The translations under genes and the position numbers were made by a program. A stretch of 64,000 nt of DNA, from positions 2,496,001 through 2,560,000 of the forward strand of contig CAVYRF010000002.1 of assembly GCA_963770895.1 (NCBI GenBank), in the 5' to 3' direction. Shown here piece after piece: positions 20,431-30,000 of the stretch; position 1 is the first letter of the stretch; each line of letters opens with the position of its first letter. The notes beneath the pieces were generated by a model. That model was given only the letters and a program-made list of their open reading frames with translations. It had not been told where the DNA came from and ran no database searches. The stretch is from an uncultured Acidobacteriota bacterium (GTDB lineage: Bacteria > Acidobacteriota > Thermoanaerobaculia > Multivoradales > UBA5704).

Positions 20431-21537
20431 GTGAGCAATTTGGCCAGCGGTGACTTGGAAGGTCAGGTTTGGGAGGCCCTCAAGGGGGTGCGGTTCCCCG
20501 GCATGAGCAGGGACATCGTGTCGTTCGGGTTCGTGCAGCAGGTGCGGGTCGACGGGGGGGACGTGGAGGTGGGCCTGCTGATGGCGACGCACAACCCGGC
20601 GGCGGCCGAAAAGGTGCGCGAACAGGCCGATCGGATGGTGCGCGCCCTGCCCGGCGTCGCGACCGTGCAGGTGACGATCCAGGTGCAGAAGCCCGTGGCG
20701 GCGCGCGAAGATGCGACGCAAAAGGCGGTGGCGCACGACGCCAACCTGGTGCCGGGGGTGCGCCACCTGGTGGCGGTGGCGAGCGGCAAGGGCGGCGTCG
20801 GCAAATCGACCGTCGCGGCCAACCTGGCGGTGAGCCTGGCACAGCTGGGATTCGCGGTCGGATTGCTGGACGTCGACATCTACGGGCCTTCGGTGCCGAC
20901 GATGTTCGGCATCCAGGAGAAGCCGCGGCTGGACGGCAACCGCATCCTGCCGTTCACCAAGTACGGCATCCGCCTGATGTCGCTCGGCTTCATCCTGGAA
21001 ACCGACACGCCGGTGATCTGGCGCGGCCCGATGGTGATGCGGGCGATCGAACAGATGCTGGCCGACGTGGAGTGGGGCACCCTGGACTACATGGTCCTCG
21101 ACCTGCCGCCGGGCACCGGCGACGCGCAGCTGACGGTGACGCAAAAGGTGTCGCTGGCGGGGGCGGTGATCGTCACCACGCCACAGGACGTGGCGCTGAT
21201 CGACGCCCGCAAGGGCCTGGCGATGTTCAAGAAGGTCAACGTGCCGGTGATCGGCATCGTCGAAAACATGTCGTCGTTCGTCTGCCCGCACTGCGGCCAG
21301 GTCACCGACATCTTCAAGCGGGGCGGCGGTGAAAAGACCGCCGACCTGCTCGGCACCGCCTTTCTGGGTGCCGTGCCGCTCGATGCCAAGATCGTCCTGG
21401 GCGGCGACGCCGGTGTGCCGATCGTGGTCGCCGAGCCGCAGGGGGCGCATGCCGCGGCGTTCCGTCGCATCGCCGAAGCGGTGATCGCCGAAGTCTCGCG
21501 GCAGAGCGCCGCCCGTCCCAAGCTCTCGATCGTCTGA
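20431..21537 (+). CDS. mrp: Mrp/NBP35 (ApbC) Fe-S carrier ATPase
   Basis: SGKGGVGKST, DIYGPS, WRGPM, DLPPGTGD, ENMS..CPHC. Confidence 0.95.
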   Translation: MSNLASGDLEGQVWEALKGVRFPGMSRDIVSFGFVQQVRVDGGDVEVGLLMATHNPAAAEKVREQADRMVRALPGVATVQVTIQVQKPVAAREDATQKAVAHDANLVPGVRHLVAVASGKGGVGKSTVAANLAVSLAQLGFAVGLLDVDIYGPSVPTMFGIQEKPRLDGNRILPFTKYGIRLMSLGFILETDTPVIWRGPMVMRAIEQMLADVEWGTLDYMVLDLPPGTGDAQLTVTQKVSLAGAVIVTTPQDVALIDARKGLAMFKKVNVPVIGIVENMSSFVCPHCGQVTDIFKRGGGEKTADLLGTAFLGAVPLDAKIVLGGDAGVPIVVAEPQGAHAAAFRRIAEAVIAEVSRQSAARPKLSIV

Positions 21538-21539
21538 CG

Positions 21540-22292
21540 ATGAAGACAGCGCTGCTGGCGGACGCCCACCTGAGCGGGCCGGGAGGTCCTGCCGGGCCGC
21601 TCGTGGCGCAGCTCGGGATGCTGCCCGACCTGGGTTGCCGCCGGCTGGTGCTGATGGGCGACCTGTTTCAGGCCTGGGTGGGGCTGCGGCGCTTCGAAAC
21701 CCCCGACATCGCGGCGACCGTCGGCGCGTTGCGCCAACTGCGGCGCCGCGGCGTGGCGATCGACTACGTCGAGGGGAACCGGGATTTCTTTCTGGCCGGC
21801 GGCCCCTATGCCGACGCCTTCGACCGCGTGGCGACCGAGGTCAGCTTCCAGGTGGACGGGGTGCGCTACCTGGCAGTGCACGGCGACGGCTTGAACGACG
21901 ACGACTGGCGGTATCGCTTCTGGCGCAGCCTGTCGAAGAGCCCGGTGAGCCGCGTTTTTGCCGGCTGCGTGCCCGGCGGGGTGGCGCGCCGGCTGGTCGC
22001 TTCGACCGAGCAACGCCTGTCGCACACCAACTTCAAGCATCGCCACGAGCTTCCCCGTGCCGCCATCCACCGCTACGCCGAGCGGCGCCTGGCCGAGGGC
22101 CACGACGTCCTGCTCCTGGGCCACTTTCACGAGGCCCACAGCTGGCAGGTGGCGGGGGGAGAGGTGCGGCTGCTGGCGGCCTGGTTCCGGACGCGGACTT
22201 TGGAATGGCTGCCGGCGGCGAGGCCCGCGGTGTCCGCATCGTCCGCAACGTCCGCGGTCGAAGCGACCGTGGACGTCAACCGGGTGAGCTAG
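21540..22292 (+). CDS. lpxH: UDP-2,3-diacylglucosamine hydrolase (LpxH-like metallophosphoesterase)
   Basis: DAHL, GDLF..W, GNRDF, HGD, GHFH. Confidence 0.8.
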   Translation: MKTALLADAHLSGPGGPAGPLVAQLGMLPDLGCRRLVLMGDLFQAWVGLRRFETPDIAATVGALRQLRRRGVAIDYVEGNRDFFLAGGPYADAFDRVATEVSFQVDGVRYLAVHGDGLNDDDWRYRFWRSLSKSPVSRVFAGCVPGGVARRLVASTEQRLSHTNFKHRHELPRAAIHRYAERRLAEGHDVLLLGHFHEAHSWQVAGGEVRLLAAWFRTRTLEWLPAARPAVSASSATSAVEATVDVNRVS

Positions 22293-22295
22293 CGA

Positions 22296-23738
22296 TTACT
22301 GGCGGTGAGGCAGGGGGGGCGCTTCGAACCTGGCGGTCGGGTCACCCAGGGAGCGCTTGAGGAAGGTGGCAACGCTGGCGACCACCTGAGCCAGCTGTGC
22401 GATCTGGCCGGTGATGTGCTCCGCGGCGGTGGCTTGCTGGAAGAAGCTTGCCGCCGCCAGCGCTTCACGATCGACGTTGCGCGCGGCGAAGATCGCCACC
22501 ATCTCAGCCGCCAGCTGCTTGAGCTCGGCATGCCGGTGTTGGTTGGCGTACAGACCGGCCAGCTCCATCGACACCAGGGCTGCTTCGTAAGGGATGTCCT
22601 TGTGCAGGAATCCCTGGCGGGCCTTGAGAAAGAGCGCCTCCGCGGAGGCGTCCTGGCCCAGGCCGTGTTCGATCATGCCCTTGATCCATAGGCGGTGATT
22701 GCCGAAACCGCTCAGCTCGTACTTCCGATAGAGCGGCCGCGCGGTGCGGTACAGGCCCTGCGCTTCGATGAAGCGGCCGAGCAGCACGTGGCAATGGATC
22801 AGGTGGTGGGTGGCGACCATGCGCGAGCGCTCGTCACCGGCGGCTTCGACCTGCGGCATGGCTTCCTGCAGCACGGCGATCGCCTGCGCGGTCTGACCGG
22901 CGCGCTCATGCAGGATGGACAGGTTGACGACGCACTTGACCGCCCGGTGGTGGTTGCCCTGCTGGCGGAAGATGGTGATGGCGCGGGTGAGCAGCGTCGC
23001 CGCCTCGGTGAAGCGCCGCTGGGCGCGCAGCAGCGAAGCGCGCAGATCCAGGTAGACGGCGCGCTCGAACGGCTCGCGGGTGCCCAGCTTGAGGTGGGCG
23101 TACGCGGTCTGAAAGGCCTTTTCGGCGCCCTCCAGGTCGGAGGCACGGCGCCGCAGGTTGGCGATGTACGACCAGGCGCGCGAGCGCAGATCTTCGATCA
23201 GCTCGCGCGTGTAGTACGCGGTATCCAGGTGGTCGGAAACTTCCAGCGCCATCCGCGCCAGGTCCTCGGATTCTTGCGGAGAGCTGTCGCGAACTTCCCA
23301 GCTGCGGTGCAGCAGCCGTTCGTACACACCCCAGGTCTGGAAGCGCGAAGAGTTTGCGAGCAGCAGCAGCCGCCTGCTCTCAGCGCGCTGCACGCTCAGC
23401 TCGTCGACCAGCGCCACCGCTTCGGCGCGCTCGCGCTCCACGTCGCGCAGCCGCTCGAGGTACGTGCGTTCGCTGCGTTCGATCAGCGAACCGTAGTCGG
23501 CGGACGGCGCGACGTGCGGCGTCGGAACCAGCTGGGCCGCCTGCAGCGGCCGGGCACTTGTCGCCGGGAACGGCAGAGATGTCAGAGATGGGGCCTGGCG
23601 CGGTGAGCCGCCGCCAAGCGACGACAACCGGAACCTGCATGCGGGACAACTCGCGAGATGCTGCCGCAGGGCTGAACGGCCGCCGCCCATGCAAAGCAGC
23701 ATTTCCTCAAGCAGCAGATCGCTGGGGTGAATTTTCAC
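22296..23738 (-). CDS. TPR-like helical repeat protein with N-terminal zinc-binding HxxxCxxC (ZAS/zf-HC2-like) motif
   Basis: N-terminus H4...H27LASC31PAC34. Repeated helix pairs (RAWSYIANLRR, AEKAFQTA, ASLLRAQRRFTEAATLL, GRFIEAQ, GQDASAEALF). GGGAGG RBS before the GTG. Confidence 0.8.
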   Translation of the reverse strand: MKIHPSDLLLEEMLLCMGGGRSALRQHLASCPACRFRLSSLGGGSPRQAPSLTSLPFPATSARPLQAAQLVPTPHVAPSADYGSLIERSERTYLERLRDVERERAEAVALVDELSVQRAESRRLLLLANSSRFQTWGVYERLLHRSWEVRDSSPQESEDLARMALEVSDHLDTAYYTRELIEDLRSRAWSYIANLRRRASDLEGAEKAFQTAYAHLKLGTREPFERAVYLDLRASLLRAQRRFTEAATLLTRAITIFRQQGNHHRAVKCVVNLSILHERAGQTAQAIAVLQEAMPQVEAAGDERSRMVATHHLIHCHVLLGRFIEAQGLYRTARPLYRKYELSGFGNHRLWIKGMIEHGLGQDASAEALFLKARQGFLHKDIPYEAALVSMELAGLYANQHRHAELKQLAAEMVAIFAARNVDREALAAASFFQQATAAEHITGQIAQLAQVVASVATFLKRSLGDPTARFEAPPLPHRQ

Positions 23739-23852
23739 CGGATGCTACCCTCCCTGACAGCCCAAACCATCGCATGACGATAACTCTAGAGTACCACTCC
23801 TATCAGTAAAAGTTGTCTCTGAGCAATAAATCGGGACAACAATTTGCCAGGA

Positions 23853-23878
23853 GGCGCCGGTTCGGCCGAACCGGCGCC
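23853..23878. repeat. Perfect 26-bp palindrome between the peptide and TPR genes (hairpin/terminator or operator)
   Basis: GGCGCCGGTTCGGCCGAACCGGCGCC is its own reverse complement; GGAG/CTCC extend it with one bulge. Confidence 0.9.
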
Positions 23879-23935
23879 CTCCGCCAAGTGAATCTCCCAA
23901 GCCGACAGTACTCCCAAGTGTAGCAAGTGCAACAG

Positions 23936-24235
23936 TTACGGGTTGAGCGTCACGCCGAGCCCGAATTTGGTGCCGGCCGGGGCGACGTTGTTGTCCGGCG
24001 AACCGCCGTCCTTTTGAATGCTCACGGTGTGCTGCGGGGCGCCCGCGTGCAGGATCGTCACCAATTGGTGGTTCAGCCAGGTCCACACGGAAGCGACGAA
24101 GGAGTCCGCCGTGGCAGGTCCGCTGACCACGGGCCGGGCGGTGAGCGGGGTGGCCTGAGCGAGAAGGCCCCCCAGAAGACCCACGACGAGCGCAACGAGG
24201 ACGACACGGGCGATGAGATGGTTCTTGCGGGGCAT
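23936..24235 (-). CDS. Small secreted protein / pre-propeptide (99 aa)
   Basis: AAGGAG RBS. Basic N-terminus, hydrophobic core and AQA cleavage motif form a Sec signal peptide. Then SFVASVWTWLNHQL and a polar tail ending GLGVTLNP. Confidence 0.75.
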   Translation of the reverse strand: MPRKNHLIARVVLVALVVGLLGGLLAQATPLTARPVVSGPATADSFVASVWTWLNHQLVTILHAGAPQHTVSIQKDGGSPDNNVAPAGTKFGLGVTLNP

Positions 24236-24505
24236 GACAAATCACTCCTTCAGCGACCCGCTCGCGCGGCCTTTATGGTCGGTGGCGGGGAACGCGCCTA
24301 TTAAAGAGTGGCACCGTCCGGGCTAAAGCGGGTCGATCATCCCGATTTGTGCCATTTGTTTGCAGGTTTCGCCCTGCGAGTTGCGATCTGATAGAACGAT
24401 AACAGAGTTGCTTGGTCAGAGGACAGGCGGTCTGAATTCAACTTTTTGAAAGGCCGGCGGCGGCCGAGGGCCGGGCGGCGGACCGCTGTTAAACTGCCGG
24501 CCGCG

Positions 24506-25273
24506 ATGGCGGTCCGGGTCACCATGTTGGGCAGCGGCACCTCCACCGGCGTGCCGGTGATCGGCTGCACCTGTCCGGTCTGCACCTCGACCAATCCGCG
24601 CAACAAACGCTGGCGCCCCTGCCTGAAGCTTGAGATCGGCGATCGGGTGGTGCTGGTCGACACCCCTCCCGACCTGCGCGCCCAGGCGCTGCGTTTCGGC
24701 CTGCCGCGGGTGGACGCCGTGCTGTTCACGCACCCCCATGCCGATCACATATTTGGACTTGACGATGTGCGCATTTTTAACTTTAGGCAACGCGCCCCGA
24801 TTCCCTGCTATGCGTCCGCCGAGACCCTGGGCGCCTTGCGCCGGGTTTTTGCCTATGTTTTCGAAGACGGCCAGGAGGGCGGTGGCAAGCCGCAGCTGGA
24901 CCTGATCGAAGTGTCAGGTCCGTTCACCGTCGCCGGCCAGCGGGTGGTGCCGATTCCGGTGTGGCACGGCGAGATCGAAGTGTATGGTTATCGTTTCGGA
25001 AAATTCGCCTATGTCACTGACTGCAAGACCATCCCTGAAAGCAGCTACGAGCTGCTGCAGGGCGTCGAGGTGCTGATCCTGGACGCCTTGCGCTACCATC
25101 CCCATTCAACCCATTTCTCGGTGGAGGAGGCGCTGGCGGCGGCGGCGCGCGTCGGCGCCGCGCGCACCATCTTCACCCACCTCGCGCACGAGATCGATCA
25201 CGATGCGCCGGCGGTGGCCCTGCCGCCGGGGGTGGAATTCGGCTATGACGGGCTGGTCTTTTCCAGCGACTGA
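24506..25273 (+). CDS. MBL-fold metallo-hydrolase (PhnP-like)
   Basis: LGSGTSTGVP..GC.C.VC, THPHADH, YVTD, THL.H. Confidence 0.9.
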   Translation: MAVRVTMLGSGTSTGVPVIGCTCPVCTSTNPRNKRWRPCLKLEIGDRVVLVDTPPDLRAQALRFGLPRVDAVLFTHPHADHIFGLDDVRIFNFRQRAPIPCYASAETLGALRRVFAYVFEDGQEGGGKPQLDLIEVSGPFTVAGQRVVPIPVWHGEIEVYGYRFGKFAYVTDCKTIPESSYELLQGVEVLILDALRYHPHSTHFSVEEALAAAARVGAARTIFTHLAHEIDHDAPAVALPPGVEFGYDGLVFSSD

Positions 25274-26558
25274 ACCGCTGCTCATCCCCAGCGGCCGTCG
25301 CGCCGCCGGCCGCCTGCGGGTGCCGGCCTCGAAGAGCGTCACCCACCGCTACCTCAACCTCGCCCTGCTGGCCAGGCGCCCGGTGGTGGTCGAGCGCCCC
25401 CTGCTGGCCGACGACACCCGGCTCTTCCTTGCCGCGCTCGCCCGCTGCGGCTGGACGGTGACGGAGCGGCCCGGCGAAGAGTTTCAGCTGACGCCGGGCA
25501 CGGCGCTCGCCGGCGGAGCGCTGATCGATTGCGGCAACGCCGGAACCCTGCTGCGCTTTCTGACCGCGGCGCTGGCGGTGACGCCCGGCCATTGGACCCT
25601 GGACGGAACGGCGCGTCTGCGGGAGCGGCCGATCGGACCGTTGGTCGCGGCGCTGCGGCGCCTGGGCGCGGTCATCCACCACACCGGCCGTGCCGGCTGC
25701 GTGCCGATCGACGTCGCCGGCGGCAGCATGCAGGGGGGGACGACCCGCCTGGATGCGGGCGAGTCGAGCCAATACCTTTCGGCCTTGTTGATGGCGGCCC
25801 TGGCGGCGCCGGCGCCGATCGAGATCCAGGTGGACGCCCTCACCTCGGAGCCCTACGTGCACGTCACCCTGGCCGCGATCGAAAGGTGCGGCGGCACCAT
25901 CGCGGTCCAGGGCGGCGGCGACCAGCCGGTGTGCTATCGCGTGCGGCCGGGGCTGGCGTTGCCGCCGCGCCTGCGCGTCGAAGGCGACGCCTCGGCCGCC
26001 TGCTATCCGGCCGCCGCCGCGGCGCTCACCGGCGGCAGCGTGCTGTTGGAAGGGCTGCCCGCCGACTCGCCGCAGGGCGACCGCCGCTTTCTGGATCTGC
26101 TTGCCAGCATGGGCGCAAAGGTGACCTGGCGGCAGGATGCGGTCGAAGTGCACGGTGATCGTTTGCAGGCCGTGGACGTCGACCTGTCCGCCATGCCCGA
26201 CCAGGTCCCCACCCTGGCCGCCCTCGCCCCCTTCGCTCGCGGCACCACCCACATCCGCGGCGTCGCCCACCTCCGTCTCAAGGAAAGCGATCGCCTCGCC
26301 GCCATGGCGACCGAGCTGCGCCGCCTGGGCGTCGCCGTCGAAGAAGGCGCTGACCGGTTGGCGATCGAAGGGTGCTGGAGCGATGCGCCGCCGCCCGCCG
26401 ACCCGGTAGCCGTGCAAACCTACGGCGATCACCGCATCGCCATGAGCCTGGCCCTGGTGGGTCTGCGCCGCCCCGGCGTATCCGTGGCCACGCCCGAAGT
26501 CGTATCCAAGTCCTACCCCGCCTTTTGGCAAGACTTTTCCCACCTGCTCGGCGGCTAG
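25245..26558 (+). CDS. aroA: 3-phosphoshikimate 1-carboxyvinyltransferase
   Basis: PASKSVTHR, CGNAGTLLRF, SSQYLSALL, LRLKESDR, DHRIAM, KSYPAFW. Confidence 0.96.
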   Translation: MTGWSFPATEPLLIPSGRRAAGRLRVPASKSVTHRYLNLALLARRPVVVERPLLADDTRLFLAALARCGWTVTERPGEEFQLTPGTALAGGALIDCGNAGTLLRFLTAALAVTPGHWTLDGTARLRERPIGPLVAALRRLGAVIHHTGRAGCVPIDVAGGSMQGGTTRLDAGESSQYLSALLMAALAAPAPIEIQVDALTSEPYVHVTLAAIERCGGTIAVQGGGDQPVCYRVRPGLALPPRLRVEGDASAACYPAAAAALTGGSVLLEGLPADSPQGDRRFLDLLASMGAKVTWRQDAVEVHGDRLQAVDVDLSAMPDQVPTLAALAPFARGTTHIRGVAHLRLKESDRLAAMATELRRLGVAVEEGADRLAIEGCWSDAPPPADPVAVQTYGDHRIAMSLALVGLRRPGVSVATPEVVSKSYPAFWQDFSHLLGG

Positions 26559-26565
26559 CCGAGGA

Positions 26566-26685
26566 GTCGGCCGGGGCTGTCGCCTGTCCCGGCATTCCCG
26601 GCAGGTCGGCCGGGGCTGTCGCCTGTCCCGGCATTCCCGGCAGGTCGGCCGGGGCTGTCGCCTGTCCCGGCATTCCCGGCAGGTC
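26566..26685. repeat. Exact 39-bp tandem repeat x3
   Basis: Unit GTCGGCCGGGGCTGTCGCCTGTCCCGGCATTCCCGGCAG starts at 26566, 26605 and 26644, with no spacers. Confidence 0.97.
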
Positions 26686-27016
26686 ACAAGCCGCCAGGGG
26701 GCCGGAGGGCAAGCGAATACCATGCGAATTAGCCGGGCGGGGCACCAACAGCCTTCGACCGCCGTAGGTCCCGCGGCGCCGTCGCCTCCCTCGCTGTTTC
26801 CGCATCGCGCGCCGCCAGGTTGCCGCCACCCACCGCGGCTTGGCTGGCGCCGCGGCGTTCGGGTGGTCGGCGGCGCCTTGTTCCAGTCGGCGGCAACTTT
26901 ATTCAAACATCGGCAATCATTCGAAAATAGATTGATTTTGGAATAATCTAGGTCGCCCTGCGGGGCGTAATGCGCAACGTCTGATCTGACAGTTCTGAAG
27001 GGTGGGAGCGGCAAGG

Positions 27017-30000
27017 ATGCCACAGGTGTGGATCGTCCATCCGGCGCTGGCGGCGGCGCCGGGGTCGCACGGCGTGCCGGCTGAGCGGAGAGCGGTGGGG
27101 ATCGCGGGTGGTGATCGGCTCACCGATCGGCAGCGGCTGGCGGTCGTGCTGCAAGGCGCCGGTTTGCTGTCGTTGCTGGAGCGGGCTGGGTGGGGACTGG
27201 TCGATGGATGGGCTGGCGCGACGGTGGCGGCTGGCGGTGTGCTGAGCGTGCCGCGGGACGCGGTGGGGGTGCGACGGCCGGATCGCATGGTGCAGACCCT
27301 GTTGCGCGATCTGCTGCTGTGTCTGTTTGGCGGCGGCGGTGTGGCTGGGATCGCGGTCGCGGATGCCGCGATGGAAGCGACTGGCGGGATGTTGGCGGGA
27401 CGGGGCGGTGCCCGGCGCGCGGCGCGCGGTTTGTACGGCGCGTGGCGGCAGGTGATCGTGCCGGTGTCCGCCGACGTGGCAGTAGTCGCGATTCTGGAAG
27501 CAGCGCCGTTTTTGTGGGAGCCGGCACATGCGGCCGCGCGGCGTGGACTGGCGGGGGAGCTGGGCGATGCGGCGGGGGCGACCGCCCTCTGGGTGGCCGG
27601 TCCCAGTGCCGGTCGGGCGCGCCTGCTGGCAGGTTGTAACCGCCTATCGGAGGTGAGCGACCGGCTGGCCGGCGGCGACGCGCGCGGCTGGTGGGGCGGT
27701 CCGGCGCCCGCTATCGGGGGCGGCAGCGACCTTACCATCGGGCAGGTTACCGCGCTGCCGCGTCAGGCTCCGGCGCCGCGCCGGGCGCAGCCGGTCGGCG
27801 AAGCGGAGCGTTTGCAGGTGGCCGCGGCGCTGTTCGGTCGGGGGAGGTTCCTGGCGGCGTTGGCGGTGCTCGATGGCGCCCGGTCGGGGGGTGCGCGGCT
27901 GCTGCGGGTGCGCTGTCAGGTTCAGCTGGGCAGGCTCGGCGCCGCAATGTTGGGTTTGCGACGGCTGGAAACAGCGGTGCTGTCGAAGGCGGAAACGATC
28001 GAAGCGGCGGAGACGGCGGTGCGGGTCCTTGCCAATCGTGGCGAGCCGGCGCCGGTGGATCGCTGGGTGGCGCGGGTGCTGGCGATCGGCGATCGCGGCA
28101 GCCGGGCGGAGCAGGCTCGCGGGCACCTGGTCGCGGCGCTTGCGGCGTGGGACCGCCAGCAAATCGCGGCGATGGATGAGCATCTTGCGGCGGCGCGCGC
28201 CTGCGGTGAAGGGTTGCCGGTCGGTCTGCGCGACGTGGGGTGGCGGTGGCACCACGCCTGCGGGTTGCGGGCGATGGCCGCGGCGGATGGCAAGGCGGTG
28301 GTGCTCCACCTGGAGCGCGCGCTGGGCGACAGCCGCCGCGGCCTGGCCCTGCACGAGGCGGCGGGGTTGTGGAACGACCTGGGGATCGGTCGCGTGCAGA
28401 TCGGCGACCTGGCGCGGGCGGAGCGGGCCTTCCTGCACGCGCAGCGCCTGTTCGCACGCTGCGACGGGCCGCGGCGGACGACGCTCGCACTGCTCAACCT
28501 GGCGGAGGTGCGGCTGCGGCGCGGGCGCACCCTGGGCGTGGCCGAGATCCTGGCGCAGTCGTCGGCGGAAAACCGGCGCGCCGGGAACGTCCGTGGCGAC
28601 ACCCAGGACGCCGAGCTGTGGATGCGGCTGGCATTGGTGCAAGGCCGGTGCGACCAGGCCGTCCAGCTGGGCCGGGCGGCGTTGGAGCGCCTGGGCCGCC
28701 GGCGCCTGTCCTGGCGCCGGGACGTGCTGGCGATCCTGATGGCGCGCGCTCTCGGCTGGTTGGAGCGCGCGGCGGAGGCGGCGACGGAGCTGACCGGAAC
28801 TTCCACCCCGGCGGTGGCCGAGCTCGAACCGGAAGAGCGGCCGGCGCTGTGGGCGCACGCCGGCGACCGCGCGGCGGCGATCAGCGCGGCGGCGGTGCTG
28901 CCGCCCGGCATCGCGGCGCTATGGCGGGCGGCGCTGGCGGGCCAGCCGGCGCCCCCCGACGCCTGGGCGGCGCTCGACGGGATCGAGTGCTTTCGTGCGG
29001 CGCGGCTGCTGTTCGACCTGGAACGGGCCGCCGCTGCCGCCGGCGGCCCCTGTCTTGCTTCCTCCGAGCGATGCGCTGCAGCCGCTGCCACCCTGCGCGA
29101 GGTGGGTGCCGGCATTCTGGCCGACTGGCTGGCGTCGCGAGCGGCCGAACCCTGGGAGGCGCTCGGCCGGTATGCGGCGGCTCCGGCCGGCGATTCGAAA
29201 GCCCTCGCCGAGCTCCTGCGGCGAGCCGGCGGCGCCACCGCTCGCCTGACATGGATCCCCAGCGCGCCAGACGACGGCTGTGAGGCGGCGCCGGCGGGCG
29301 ACGGCCGCGGTGCGCTTCTCGCGGGTGGCGGTGGCGCGGCGTCGCAGGTGGGCGAAGGTGGCGTGGTGCCGCTTGTGGGTGACGGTCGCGGTGCGACGCT
29401 TGTGGGCGACGGCTATGGGGCGCTACTTGTGGGCGACGGTTTCGGTGCGCCACTTGCGCGCGACGGCGGTGCTGCGCCGCAGGTGGACAGAGCCCGCGGT
29501 GCGCTGCCGGCGGGCGATGGCCGCGCGACGCCGCGGGCGATCGACCAGGTCTGCCAGCCTGGTTTCGATCAACCGGCTGGACTTGTAAAACAGGTTGCGG
29601 GCGGCAGGTGGGAGCTGCGCGGTTGTGCGCCCGGCGCGGCGGTGAGCGCCTGCTTTGCACTTGCGATTCGCGATCTGGATGCCGGACCGGTGGCGGCCGG
29701 GGCGCGGGCTGTGGGCGCGGCGGGCGGGCCGGATACGCCGGACGGTGTGGCGCCTCCCGGCCGGCGGCGTGCCGACGACGTCGGCGGGGGTGCGCATGCC
29801 GTGGCGATTGCCGCGGGTTTGATTGGATCACATCCGGTTTGGCGCACGGCGATGGAGCGGCTGGGGAGAGTGGCGACGGCGGTCGACCTGCCGGTTTTGA
29901 TTCAAGGTGAAAGCGGCACCGGCAAGGAGCTGGCGGCGCGCGCGATCCACCGCGCCAGCTCGCGGGCGAGCGGGCCGTTTCTGGCGGTCAACTGCGCCGC

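Noticed and set aside
24309-24354. TGGCAC motifs on both strands upstream of the peptide gene as sigma-54 promoters
   Set aside because: The plus-strand copy has GGGC rather than TTGC at -12, and the minus-strand copy lacks GC at the required spacing.
22296-24440. Peptide/TPR unit as a mobile element
   Set aside because: No integrase, transposase, terminal repeats or target-site duplication were seen; orientation and composition alone are not enough.
26566-26685. 39-bp repeats as a possible CRISPR array
   Set aside because: The units are head-to-tail with no unique spacers, and no cas genes are present.
26722-26946. Short ORFs in the aroA-activator intergenic region
   Set aside because: No RBS or recognisable motif; the composition looks non-coding.
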